From an uncultured Candidatus Rokubacteria bacterium (GTDB lineage: Bacteria; Methylomirabilota; Methylomirabilia; Rokubacteriales; CSP1-6), in contig CAVVEU010000024.1 of assembly GCA_963747235.1 (NCBI GenBank), positions 416,001-480,000 of the forward strand: a stretch of DNA of 64,000 nt, given 5' to 3'. A model generated the notes under the pieces. That model searched no databases and was not told where the DNA came from. It saw only the letters and a program-made list of their open reading frames with translations. This document shows positions 9,456 through 19,223 of this stretch, in pieces. The translations under genes and the position numbers were made by a program. Position 1 is the first letter of the stretch; the number at the start of each line of letters is the position of its first letter.

Positions 9456-10466
9456 GAGGGCGCCCGGACCGCGGCCCCGGACGATCGGGCGGGGCGACGG
9501 CGGAACAGGGCGTCACGGATGGAGCCGTAGATCCCGGCGGGCAGGAAGATGATGAAGATGATCAGCAGGAGGCCGTAGATCGTCTCCGCGATGCCGATCA
9601 GCTTGATGCCGAAGTAGATGCGCAGGTACTCGCTGAGCGCGATGGTGAGCGCGGTGCCCACGAAGGGCCCGAGCAGCGAGTACATCCCGCCCAGCACCAC
9701 CGCGAAGACGATGCGCAGCGACACCCCGATGCCGGAGAGCGTGTCCGGGTTCGTGTAGGCGAGATAGAGCGCGAGCAGGGCGCCGCCCAGCGCGGTCAGC
9801 GCGGCCGACAGCGCGGTGATGCCCATCTTGAAGCGCGTGACGCGGATGCCCACCGAGGCCGCCGCGGTCTCGTCCTCGCCGATGGCCTCCATGGCCGAGC
9901 GGGCCATGCTGCGGTCCACGCGCCACCACACCCAGAGGCCGAAGAGCCAGGCGGCCATGCCGACATAATAGAAGACGCGCTTGTCCGCGAACTGGAGCGT
10001 CCACAGGCCCGAGGCGGTGCCGCCGGTCTTGAGGCTCACCCCGAGGGAGCCGCCCGTCCAGTCGCGCTCGGCCACGATCCACAGGCGGACCACCTCGCCC
10101 ACCGCGAGGGTGACGAGGGCGAAGTAGTGGCCAACCACCTGGAAGCGCGAGCAGGGATAGGAGATCACGAGGGCCAGGGCGACGGTGAGCAGGACGGCGA
10201 GGACGACGCCGACCCACGGGGTCATCCCGTAGAAGTTCCAGAGCAGCACGGTCGCGTAGGCGCCGACGCCGAGGAACGCGCCGTGGCCGAGCGAGACGAG
10301 GCCGAAGCGGCCCATCAGCGACCACGCGTTGCCCACGAACGACCACATGAAGATCTGGATGATGACGTGCCAGATGTACTCCTGGGCGGCGCCCCAGGGG
10401 CAGGAACGGGATCAGCGCCATCGCCACCAGCGCGAGCAGCCCCAGGACGCGGAACGCGATCGTCAT
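9452..10466 (-). CDS. livM: Branched-chain amino acid-type ABC permease (frameshift near 10390)
   Basis: GLVSLGHGAF.GVGAY, HYFALVTLAVGE, AIGEDETAA..G. Confidence 0.85.
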
Positions 10467-11329
10467 CCGCGCTTGGCGAAGATGCCGCCCGGTCGGACGA
10501 ACATCAGCACGATGAAGATCACGAAGGCGATCACGTAGCCCATCTCGGTCGAGACCATCACCCCGCCCACCGAGATGACCTGGGCCATGATGAACGCGGC
10601 GAAGAAGGCGCCCACCATGTTGCCGAGGCCGCCCAGCACGCAGATCATGAAGGTCAGCGGCCCGAAGGCGCCGCCGAAGTAGGGATGCACCGCGTACTGG
10701 ATGATGAGCAGCGCCCCCGCCACCCCCGCCATCGCGCCGCCCACCGCGGAGGTGACGAGGTAGAGCCGCTGCGGCCGCGCCCCCATGAGCGCGATGGCCT
10801 CGCGGTCCTGGCTCACCGCCCGGATGGCGGTGCCGACATAGGTGCGCTTGAGGAAGAGGTAGAGCGCGATCATGGCCAGGATGGACAGGCCGAACGCGAG
10901 CAGCCGCGAGAAGGAGATGAAGATGCCGCCCACCTCGATGGTGGGCAGGCTCACGCGCACCGAGCGGTGATCGGTGGACCAGAGCAGGGTGGCGACCGAC
11001 TGGATGAAGAACAGCAGCCCGCCGGTGGCGAGGAGCTGGTTGATGGGCGGGCTCGACAGGATGGGCGTGATGATGAGCAGGTGCACGAGCACGCCCAGCA
11101 CCGCGCCGATCCCGATCGCGCCCAGCCCGGCCAGCCAGAGCGGCCAGCCGTAGAGCGTGACCAGGAAGTAGACCCCGTACATGCAGAGCGCGACGAGATC
11201 CACGTACGCGATCCACACGATGTCGATGACGCCGAAGATCAGGTTGAGCCCCAGGGCCAGGAGCGCCAGCACCCCGCCGAGCAGGATGCCGTTCACCACC
11301 GCCTCGAGGATGAAGATGGGCTCGATCAT
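10463..11329 (-). CDS. livH: Branched-chain amino acid-type ABC permease
   Basis: ALGLNLIFGV, GTAIRAVSQD, VLGGLGN. Confidence 0.9.
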   Translation of the reverse strand: MIEPIFILEAVVNGILLGGVLALLALGLNLIFGVIDIVWIAYVDLVALCMYGVYFLVTLYGWPLWLAGLGAIGIGAVLGVLVHLLIITPILSSPPINQLLATGGLLFFIQSVATLLWSTDHRSVRVSLPTIEVGGIFISFSRLLAFGLSILAMIALYLFLKRTYVGTAIRAVSQDREAIALMGARPQRLYLVTSAVGGAMAGVAGALLIIQYAVHPYFGGAFGPLTFMICVLGGLGNMVGAFFAAFIMAQVISVGGVMVSTEMGYVIAFVIFIVLMFVRPGGIFAKRG

Positions 11330-11331
11330 GC

Positions 11332-12036
11332 TCAGAAGCCCACGTAGGCCTGGCGCACGAAGTCCTGCTCGGCCAGGTCGGCGGCGCGGCCCTCCATCTT
11401 GATGCGCCCGACCTCCAGGAGATAGGCGCGGTCCACGAGCTTGAGCACCTGCCGCACGTTCTGCTCGACGATCAAAATGGTGTAGCCGTCTGCCCGCACG
11501 CGTCGAATCATATCGAACAGGCGCAGCACCATGACCGGGGCCAGGCCCATGGACGGCTCGTCGAACAGGATCAGCTTGGGCCGCGACATGAGCGCCCGGC
11601 CCACCGCGACCATCTGCTGCTCGCCGCCCGACAGGCTGCCCGCCCGCTGGGCGGACCGCTCGGCCAGCACCGGGAAGAGCGTGTAGACGCGCTCGAGGCT
11701 CTCGTGGAAGTGGGCGCGCGCGGCGGGCAGGAAGGCGCCCATCTTGAGGTTCTCCGCCACGGTGAGCTGCGGGAAGAGCCGGCGCCCCTCCGGCACGTGC
11801 GCGATGCCGTGCGCCACGATCTCGTAGGCGGGCTTCCCGGCCAGCTCGGCGCCCTCGAAGGTCACGCGCCCGGTGCGCGGCGCGATGAGGCCGGAGATGG
11901 CGCGCAGCAGGGTGGTCTTGCCCGCGCCGTTGGGACCCACCACCGCCACCGCCTCGCCCTGGTTGACGCGCAGGCTCACGTCCCAGAGCGCGGTGAAGGC
12001 GCCGTAGCCCGCGGTGACCTGGGTGAGCTCGAGCAT
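11332..12036 (-). CDS. livF: ABC ATP-binding protein, LivF type
   Basis: GPNGAGKTT, LSGGEQQM, DEPSMGLAP. Confidence 0.9.
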   Translation of the reverse strand: MLELTQVTAGYGAFTALWDVSLRVNQGEAVAVVGPNGAGKTTLLRAISGLIAPRTGRVTFEGAELAGKPAYEIVAHGIAHVPEGRRLFPQLTVAENLKMGAFLPAARAHFHESLERVYTLFPVLAERSAQRAGSLSGGEQQMVAVGRALMSRPKLILFDEPSMGLAPVMVLRLFDMIRRVRADGYTILIVEQNVRQVLKLVDRAYLLEVGRIKMEGRAADLAEQDFVRQAYVGF

Positions 12037-12767
12037 CAGGAGAGCACCACCTTCTCGCCCAGGTACGCCTCGATCACCTGGGGATTCTCCGCGACCTCGC
12101 GCGGCGCGCCCTCCGCGATCTTCTCGCCGTGGTCGAGGACGACCAGGCGATCCACCACCCGGAGCAGGGTGCCCATGATGTGCTCGACCCACACGATGGT
12201 GATGCCGAGCTCACCGCGGATGCGCCGGAGCATCTCGGCCGCGTCGTGCATCTCGGTGGGATCGAGCCCGCCCAGGCTCTCGTCGGCCAGCAGCAGGGTG
12301 GGCCGGGTGGCGAGCGCGCGCGCCAGCTCGAGCTTCTTGAGCCCGCCCGCGCCGAGCGTCGAGGTGGTGGCGTCGGGATCGGTGGGCAGACCGACCAGGG
12401 TCAGCATGTCCTGGGCCTGGCGGCGCGCCTCGGCTTCCGTGTTGCGCTCGGCCGCGCCGAAGTGGGCGGCCACCGCCACGTTCTCGAGGATGGTGAGCTT
12501 GCGGAAGGGGCGGGGGATCTGGAACGTGCGCGCGAGCCCGCGATGGCAGACCGCGTCGGGGGTGAGCCCGGCGATGTCGTGGTCCTTGAAGCGGATGGAG
12601 CCCGACGTCGGCGGCAGCGCGCCGGAGATGCAGTTGAAGCAGGTGGTCTTGCCGGAGCCGTTGGGCCCGATGAGGCCGAGGATCTCGCCCTGCTTCACTT
12701 CGAAGGAGACCGCGTTCAGCGCGGTGAAGCCGCCGAACTGCTTGGTGAGCCGGCTGATCGTGAGCAC
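12036..12767 (-). CDS. livG: ABC ATP-binding protein, LivG type (start uncertain)
   Basis: GPNGSGKTT, ARTFQIPRPF, VIEAYLG. Confidence 0.9.
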   Translation of the reverse strand: MLTISRLTKQFGGFTALNAVSFEVKQGEILGLIGPNGSGKTTCFNCISGALPPTSGSIRFKDHDIAGLTPDAVCHRGLARTFQIPRPFRKLTILENVAVAAHFGAAERNTEAEARRQAQDMLTLVGLPTDPDATTSTLGAGGLKKLELARALATRPTLLLADESLGGLDPTEMHDAAEMLRRIRGELGITIVWVEHIMGTLLRVVDRLVVLDHGEKIAEGAPREVAENPQVIEAYLGEKVVLS

Positions 12768-12819
12768 GAGGGGAGTCGGCGCGGCGGGGGCGACGGCCCC
12801 CGCCGCGCTGGCGATCAGG

Positions 12820-14154
12820 CTAGCGGGCCGCCCAGGGGGATGAGGCGGGCAGCAGGACGGGCGCGTTGGGGGTGGCGATGACCTTGGGCCACACGTGACG
12901 GAACTGGCCATCGACCACCTGGTAGACCGCGGCGATCGCGCGCTCGTTCTGGCCGCGCATCGGGGCACCTTCGCCGAGGAACTTCACGCCGTAGCCCTGC
13001 ATGGTGCCGCCCTCGGGGATGTCGGTCTCGCGGGCCGCCTTCGCGAGCGCCTCCGCGTTCCAGCCCCCGTGCTTCTGGATGGCCCGCGGCAGCACGTCGT
13101 TGAGCAGGATCCACATGTTGTTGAAGCCCATCGAGACGTGCGGCGCGATGTTGTTGACCGGGACGTTGGGCTCGAAGGCCTTGTAGCGCTTCACCATCTC
13201 CTGGGTCAGGTCGGCCACGCCGGGCTTCAGGTTCTTGGCGTCGATGAGCTGGGAGGCGGGCGGATCCGCGGTGTGGAAGCCCTCCACCTCGTTGCCGAAG
13301 GCTTCCTTCAGCTTGTCGAGCTGGCTGTGGCCGGCCCCGTGCCCCATGTAGGCCTTCACGCGCAGGCCCTGCTCCTTGGCCTGACGGAGGAACAGGTTGA
13401 TGTCGGGGTTGTAGCCGGTGTGGAACAGCACGTCCGGCCGCGCCGCGCGCAGCTTGGTCACGAGCGAGGAGAGATCGGCGGCCTGCGCCGAGTACCCTTC
13501 CTTCAGCACGACCTGCATGCCCAGCTTCTTGCCCTCGGACTCGTTCGCGGCGGCGACGCCCGCGCCGTAGGGCCCGTCCTCGTAGATGATCGCGATGCGC
13601 ACGTCCTTGGCCGGCTTCTTGAGCTTGTCCGCCGAGTAGGCCGCGATGTAGTCCACGCTCCCGGTGCCGAAGAGGCTGCCGTTGGGCTGGGGGCGGAAGG
13701 TGTACTGGAGGTTGCGATCCTTCAGCACCGCGTCCGCGATGGCGGTGGTGATCCACAGGAACCTCTTCTGCTTGTCCACCCGCTCGGCGATCGGGACCGC
13801 GTGGGCGCTCGAGTAGACCCCGGCCAGGATGTCCACCTTCTCGACGTTGAGCAGGCGCTCGGCCTCGTTGATCGCCACGTCGGCCTTGGACTGGCTGTCG
13901 CCGTCCACCTGGACGATCTTGTACTTGCCGAGCACGCCGCCCTTCTCGTTGATGTAGTCGATCATCATCTTGGCGCCGCGCCAGCAGTTGAGCGAGCCGG
14001 CGGCGGAGAAGGGCCCGGAGTGATCGTAGAGCGTGCCGATCTTGATGGTCTGGCCCTGGGCCGCCACCGGCGCCGCGGAAACCGCGAGCAGCGCGAGCGC
14101 GGCCATCGCGGCCAGGCCCGATCGAATGCCGAACAGGATGCGGCGAGACTTCAT
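12820..14154 (-). CDS. ABC substrate-binding protein (LivK/LivJ-like type I periplasmic binding protein)
   Basis: Signal peptide, IKIG, INEKGGVLG, YEDGPYG. Confidence 0.9.
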   Translation of the reverse strand: MKSRRILFGIRSGLAAMAALALLAVSAAPVAAQGQTIKIGTLYDHSGPFSAAGSLNCWRGAKMMIDYINEKGGVLGKYKIVQVDGDSQSKADVAINEAERLLNVEKVDILAGVYSSAHAVPIAERVDKQKRFLWITTAIADAVLKDRNLQYTFRPQPNGSLFGTGSVDYIAAYSADKLKKPAKDVRIAIIYEDGPYGAGVAAANESEGKKLGMQVVLKEGYSAQAADLSSLVTKLRAARPDVLFHTGYNPDINLFLRQAKEQGLRVKAYMGHGAGHSQLDKLKEAFGNEVEGFHTADPPASQLIDAKNLKPGVADLTQEMVKRYKAFEPNVPVNNIAPHVSMGFNNMWILLNDVLPRAIQKHGGWNAEALAKAARETDIPEGGTMQGYGVKFLGEGAPMRGQNERAIAAVYQVVDGQFRHVWPKVIATPNAPVLLPASSPWAAR

Positions 14155-14208
14155 GGATGCCTCCTCATTAAGGCTTGAGTTCTTGGACGGCGAGAGAAAA
14201 GTGCGCCA

Positions 14209-14238
14209 ACCCTAGCACGCCCACGCACGGCCGGTCAA
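14209..14238 (-). promoter_or_regulatory. Putative sigma70 promoter of the liv-type operon
   Basis: TTGACC-N18-TAGGGT with TGn extended -10. Confidence 0.5.
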
Positions 14239-14247
14239 CGAACGCGA

Positions 14248-14920
14248 TCAGGACCGGCGCGCCGCGACGAGCCATTCGAGATCCCGGCGCCGCTCGGCGG
14301 AGCGGCCCGGCGGCCCGGCCTGCAGGACGGTGAAGCGGCCCGCGAGGGCCCGGTCGATGTCGCCGCGCGAGACGGGAAAGGGCGGGCCGTCTCCGCCCTC
14401 GCGAAGCGGGAAGAAGCAGGCGAGCAGGAGCCCACCCGGTCGCAGGATCGTGTGGAGCACCGACACGTACTCGTCTCGCCGCGCGGGATCGATGGCGCAA
14501 AAGCACGTGTACTCCCAGATCCCGTCGAAGACCCCCGCGTAATCCCGACCGAGCGTGAACACATCACGCTGCTCCACCACCAGCTCGACTCCATCCGACA
14601 GCCGCCAACCGCCGCGCCTCGGTCACCGCCACATCAGAAAAATCAAACGCGGTGACCCGATACCCAAGGCGAGCCAGCAAGCGTGCATCGTGAGCACGCC
14701 CAGCACCAGGAACCGCAACGCGAGCCCGCAGAACGAGTGTCCGCCGACTGGGGGAGTGCGGGGGCCATTTCTGGGCCCCCGCATTCAATAGAGCTCTGAA
14801 GAACTAAACCGGCCAGAAGCCGAAGCCAGCCAGTCTTCCGAGCGCCGGCGCGGCCCCGCCCAGCTCCCAGCCGTCCTGGGCGGCCGCGTAGAGGCCGTCC
14901 CAGAATCCGGCCGTGCTCAC
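14248..14920 (-). CDS. Thiopurine S-methyltransferase (TPMT)-family methyltransferase interrupted by a palindromic element, with indels
   Basis: FWDGLY..DGWELGGAAPAL / RVAVPGAGRAHDA..AFDFS / WEYTCFCAIDP..GPPFPV fragments in order; element at 14733-14806 lies inside; in-frame TAG at 14804-14806 as assembled. Confidence 0.8.
14733..14806. repeat. Dispersed copy of the 73-bp palindromic element, inside the TPMT gene
   Basis: acgagtgtccgccgactgggggagTGCGGGGGCCatttctgGGCCCCCGCA...gaagaacta, near-identical to the 15577-15722 units. Confidence 0.9.
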
Positions 14921-15570
14921 GGCTGGGCGATCTGGCTCCACTCGAGTCCCTGGAAATCGGGGATGGTGCGCTCGGCGCCGGCGGCGACCAGCTCCGCGTC
15001 GGTGTGCGCGGTGGTGACGCCGATCGCCCGCATGCCCGCGGTCCGCGCGGCCTGCACGCCGACGAGCGCGTCCTCGAACACCACGCAGGCCGTCGGCGCG
15101 ACGCGCAGCCGCCGAGCCGCCTGCGTCCACACCTCCGGATCGGGCTTGCCCAGCATGACGTCGTCGGAGGTCACCACGACGTCGAAGTAGCGCAGGAGGC
15201 CGAGGTCATCGAGCAGGCGCTCGGCGTCCCAGCGCGAGGCGGAGGTGCCGACGGCCCGCGGAACGCCGGCGCGGGCCAGCGACGCGAGGAACTCGGGCAC
15301 GCCCGGCACCGGCTCCATCCCGGTCTGCGCCCGCTCCTGGTAGAGGTCGCGCTTGCGCCGCGCGAGCCGGCGCGCTTCCGCGCCGCTCATGCGACGGCCC
15401 AGCAAGAGCGGGATGGCCTCCTCGCTGGGCCGGCCGATGGTGAGCCGCCAGTGCTCGGGATCGGCGGGCTCGGTACCCAGCTCCGCCAGCAGCGCGCGCC
15501 ACGCATGCCGATGGTGCGCCCCACTGTCGATCAGCACCCCATCCATATCGAAGATCGCGCTGGCAATCAC
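14917..15570 (-). CDS. HAD family phosphatase (beta-PGM/CbbY-like)
   Basis: IFDMDGVLIDS, GKPDPE, VFEDALVG. Confidence 0.9.
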   Translation of the reverse strand: MIASAIFDMDGVLIDSGAHHRHAWRALLAELGTEPADPEHWRLTIGRPSEEAIPLLLGRRMSGAEARRLARRKRDLYQERAQTGMEPVPGVPEFLASLARAGVPRAVGTSASRWDAERLLDDLGLLRYFDVVVTSDDVMLGKPDPEVWTQAARRLRVAPTACVVFEDALVGVQAARTAGMRAIGVTTAHTDAELVAAGAERTIPDFQGLEWSQIAQP

Positions 15571-15576
15571 AGGTCG

Positions 15577-15737
15577 TAGACGAGTGTCCGCCGACTGGGG
15601 GAGTGCGGGGGCCATTTCTGGGCCCCCGCATATGGAGAGCTTGAAGAACTAGACGAATGTCCGCCGACTGGGGGAGTGCGGGGGCCATTTCTGGGCCCCC
15701 GCATATGGAGAGCTTGAAGAACTAGACGAATGTCCGC
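15577..15737. repeat. Tandem array of the 73-bp palindromic element (2 full units plus 15-bp partial)
   Basis: TAGACGARTGTCCGC recurs at 15577, 15650 and 15723; each unit has a 10-bp stem TGCGGGGGCC/GGCCCCCGCA. Confidence 0.95.
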
Positions 15738-15742
15738 AGTCC

Positions 15743-16372
15743 TCACTTCAATCTATACAGGGGGGCGAGCAGGTGAAAGGTCTCGCGCGCGGCCCGCGCG
15801 TACTCGCGGGGCTTCCACTTGGCGGCTTCCTCCGCGGAGACGCAGCGGCCGAGGACGAACTGGCCGTCGCGCGTGCGCAGGAGCTCCTCGCCGAGGCGCG
15901 CCACCGCGTCGGCGGGCAGGTCGGTGAGGATGGCGGACGGGGCCTCGTCGTGCTCGTCCTTGAACCAGCCGAGCCCCTTGGACCGGCGGAGCACCGGAAC
16001 GAGCTGGCGCGTGTGGCGCTTCCAGGCGGCGAGCCAGCGCTTCTTCTGCGCGTGCTCGGGGCCGGCCTCGAAGAGGAAGCGTACCCCGGTGCGCGAGACC
16101 GCGACCTTGAAGTGGCAGTGCTGCTTGTAGCCGCGCTTGTCGAGCGCGAAGGCGACCCAGGTGTCGTCGGGCGGGTTCACGGTCCGCCGCACGTGCTTGG
16201 CCACGTGCGCGAAGGCGGGGGCGCCGCCGATGCGCGCCACGTCGGCGAGCAGCTCCCGCCCCACCGCTTCCAGCTTGGGGCGGACGCGACCCTTGATCGC
16301 CTCCATGCGGGGCTTGAAGCCGGGGATATCGAACACCTTGAAGTCGGACGGCGTGAAGCCGCTGAACGACAT
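15743..16372 (-). CDS. DUF1054 (YktB-like) protein
   Basis: FTPSDFKVF..GF..RM..I...VRPKL, HVAKHVRRTVNPPDDTWVAF...KRGYK. Confidence 0.85.
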   Translation of the reverse strand: MSFSGFTPSDFKVFDIPGFKPRMEAIKGRVRPKLEAVGRELLADVARIGGAPAFAHVAKHVRRTVNPPDDTWVAFALDKRGYKQHCHFKVAVSRTGVRFLFEAGPEHAQKKRWLAAWKRHTRQLVPVLRRSKGLGWFKDEHDEAPSAILTDLPADAVARLGEELLRTRDGQFVLGRCVSAEEAAKWKPREYARAARETFHLLAPLYRLK

Positions 16373-16386
16373 GCGAGGGCCTCCTT

Positions 16387-17871
16387 CTACTCCGGCTCGT
16401 ACACGGTGTCGGGATCGAGCGGGAAGATGGGGCGCCGGACGCGCCGATATTCGAAGCGCGCGAGGTTGGACGAGGACAGCCCCGGCGCGTCGACCTCGAT
16501 GATCTCCTTGGCGATCGGCTCGAAGGCCGCGCGGTAGTGAATGGTGGACTTCACGACCAGGATTTTCTCCCGGAGGGGGTCGATCCCGACGAACCGGATC
16601 ATCTCCGGATCGAGGGTCTGCCAGCGGTGGGAAATGAGTATCACCTTTACGTCGTTCACGTCCAGTACCGCGGTGGCCCCGAGCCGGCCGGGCAGACCGG
16701 TCATCATGGGTCCGCGATGGATGAAGCGCCCGTCGGAGAGCGTGCGCACCGTGCCGGTCACCCGCACCGGCGCGCCGTGCCGGTCGTCCACCTTGCCGCC
16801 CACGTCGAGGGTCACCGAGGCGCCGACGCCCGCCTTCACGCACGCCTGCACCGCCGCCGCGTCCCAGATGCACGCCACCGTCGCGCTCCGCGCGCCCACC
16901 CGCAGCAGCTCGCGCAGGATCTCGGTGCCGTCGCCCGCCGCGCCGCCGCCGGTGTTGTCGGCCATGTCGGCGAGCACGATCGGCCGGCCGTCGGCGGCGA
17001 GCGCCTTGGCCACCGCGTCCTTCACCGGCAGCGCGGTGTGGATGAACTCGTGCCGGTGCTCCCAGGCCACGCGCGCGAGCTGGTCGGCGAGCCGCTCCGC
17101 GAGGGCCTTGTCGTCGTCGGTGACCACGTAGATGCCGAGGCCCGCGTCGGGGATGTCCGCGTAGGGGAAGCCCGCGAAGAGCGAGATCGAGATGACCTTC
17201 GGATCCTTCTCCATCTCGTCGGCCAGATCGTAGAGCCGCCGCATCGGCCCGCGCGCGGTGCCCTGGCGGCCGAGCGGCGGCATGAGCGGCGGCTTGCGCC
17301 AGGCCGCGGTCGGCTTGAGGCGCCCGGCGATCACCTGGGCGAGCCGCTCGGCCGCCTCCACGCCGCGCTCGGCCATGTCCACGTGCGGGTAGGTCTTGTA
17401 GCCGTGCAGCAGATCGGCCCCCGCGATCATGCCCTGGCCCAGGTTGCCGTGGAAGTCGAGCGTCACCGCGATCGGCACGTCGGGCCCCACCGCCTGGCGC
17501 ACCGCCGCGATGATGTCGCCCTCGCCGTCGTCCACGCCCTCCGGGACCATCGCCCCGTGCAGGTCGAGGAGCACGCCGTCGAGCCGGCCCGCCGCCTTGA
17601 GATCGGTCAGCATGCGCTGCTTGACGTGCTGGTAGATGTCGCGGGTGACGAGGCCGGCCGGCGAGGCGGAGGCGGCCACCGACGGCATCAGGGTCATCCC
17701 GAGGCGCTCGGCCGCTCCGATCATGCCGCCCAGGCAGGTGCCGGTGCCGCGATAGGCCTCGACGATCTCGCCGCCGTAGCTCAGGTCGCGTGCCTCGAAC
17801 TGGGCGCGGTCGGTGGGGACATTGCTGAAGGTGTTGGTCTCGTGCGACAGCATCGCCAGGAAGATTCTCAC
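16387..17871 (-). CDS. M81 family metallopeptidase (MlrC-like)
   Basis: SHETNTFS, LDLHGAMV, TLDFHGN, YKTYPHVD, ADNTGGG, VVKSTIHYRA. Confidence 0.9.
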   Translation of the reverse strand: MRIFLAMLSHETNTFSNVPTDRAQFEARDLSYGGEIVEAYRGTGTCLGGMIGAAERLGMTLMPSVAASASPAGLVTRDIYQHVKQRMLTDLKAAGRLDGVLLDLHGAMVPEGVDDGEGDIIAAVRQAVGPDVPIAVTLDFHGNLGQGMIAGADLLHGYKTYPHVDMAERGVEAAERLAQVIAGRLKPTAAWRKPPLMPPLGRQGTARGPMRRLYDLADEMEKDPKVISISLFAGFPYADIPDAGLGIYVVTDDDKALAERLADQLARVAWEHRHEFIHTALPVKDAVAKALAADGRPIVLADMADNTGGGAAGDGTEILRELLRVGARSATVACIWDAAAVQACVKAGVGASVTLDVGGKVDDRHGAPVRVTGTVRTLSDGRFIHRGPMMTGLPGRLGATAVLDVNDVKVILISHRWQTLDPEMIRFVGIDPLREKILVVKSTIHYRAAFEPIAKEIIEVDAPGLSSSNLARFEYRRVRRPIFPLDPDTVYEPE

Positions 17872-17915
17872 GCGACTCTCCGGTAGAATGGCGCCTCGGA
17901 CGAAAGGGGGAAATC

Positions 17916-18275
17916 ATGGCCGACGCGTCGTGCTTTCACAACCTGAAGGAGGGCGGCATCCCGCGGCAGCTCGCGGAGGGCTTGACCGCCCGCGTGTTCC
18001 CCGGCGAGCACCTCATGCTCTCGGTGGTCGAGATCCAGCCCGGCTCGGTGTCGCCGGTGCACTCGCACGCCAACGAGCAGTGGGGCGTGTGCCTCGAGGG
18101 CGAGTGGATCCGGATCCAGGACGGGGTGGAGCATCCGGTGAAGGCGGGCGACTTCTGGCAGACGCCGCCCCACGTGCCGCACGGGGGCCGCGCCACCGAC
18201 AAGCGCGCGGTGGTCCTCGACATCTTTTCGCCGCCGCGCGAGGAGTACAAGAAGGCCGGCTCCGGCTACAAGTGA
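17916..18275 (+). CDS. Cupin domain protein
   Basis: HSHANEQ...G and PHVPHG cupin motifs, LDIFSPPREEY. Confidence 0.9.
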   Translation: MADASCFHNLKEGGIPRQLAEGLTARVFPGEHLMLSVVEIQPGSVSPVHSHANEQWGVCLEGEWIRIQDGVEHPVKAGDFWQTPPHVPHGGRATDKRAVVLDIFSPPREEYKKAGSGYK

Positions 18276-18286
18276 CCGGCGCGCCC

Positions 18287-19223
18287 TCATAGCTTCATGT
18301 GCGGGTCGAGCCAGTCGCGGAGCGCGTTGCCCATGAGGTTGATGACGAGCGTGGTGACGAAGATGGCGGCGCCCGGGAAGGCGGCGATCCACCACGAGTT
18401 GAGCATGTAGACCCGGCCCTCCCCGAGCATGTTGCCCCACGCCGGGGTGGGGGGCTGCACGCCCAGGCCCAGGAACGACAGGAACGACTCGAGGATGATC
18501 ACCTGCGCCATCTGCAGGGTGGCGATCACGGTGATCGCCGAGACCAGGTTGGGGAGGATCTGGCCGAAGATGATGCGCGCGTGGCTCATGCCGAGCGCGC
18601 GACCGGCGACCACGAACTCGCGCTCGCGGAGGGCCATGGTCTCGGCCCGGATCACCCGCGCGTAGATCGGCCAGCCCGCCACGCCCAGGACGAAGATCAT
18701 GTTGGGCAGGCTGGGCCCCAGCACCGCGATCACCGCCAGGGCCAGCAGCACGAACGGGAACGTCAGCATGACGTTGATGAGCGTCATGATCGATCCAGTC
18801 GCATCCTGCGCCCCGAAGTAGCCCGCCGCGAGCCCCAGCAGCACGCCGATGGTCGAGGCGAGATCGCGACCGCGGTCACCCCGATCAGGAGCGAGACGCG
18901 ACCCCCGTAGATCATGCGCGAGAGGAGATCGCGCCCGATCTGATCGGTGCCGAGCCAGTGCTCGGTCGTGCCGCCCTCCATCCACGCGGGCGGCGCCGAG
19001 CCGGTGCTGGATGTCCACCGCCAGCGGGCTCGTAGGGCGCGAGCCAGGGCGCGGACGAGCGCTGCCGACGATGATCAGGAGCAGGATCGCAGCGCGGCGC
19101 CCAGCGCCCCACTTGAGCCGCCAGAGCCGGCGCAGCGATCGACCGGCGCCGCGGTCGGGCCCGCGATCGGCGGCGTTCGCGCTCCTCCAGCGCCACCTCG
19201 CCCGCGCCCGCGACCGCCTTCAC
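18287..19223 (-). CDS. Peptide/nickel ABC permease, DppC-like (several frameshifts)
   Basis: [44 protein letters not shown]. Confidence 0.85.

Noticed and set aside
15577-15737. Possible CRISPR array
   Set aside because: The units are essentially identical over the full 73 bp, with no unique spacers and no cas operon.
16387-17871. Microcystin degradation cluster
   Set aside because: MlrC-like M81 peptidases are widespread, and mlrA, mlrB and mlrD are absent.
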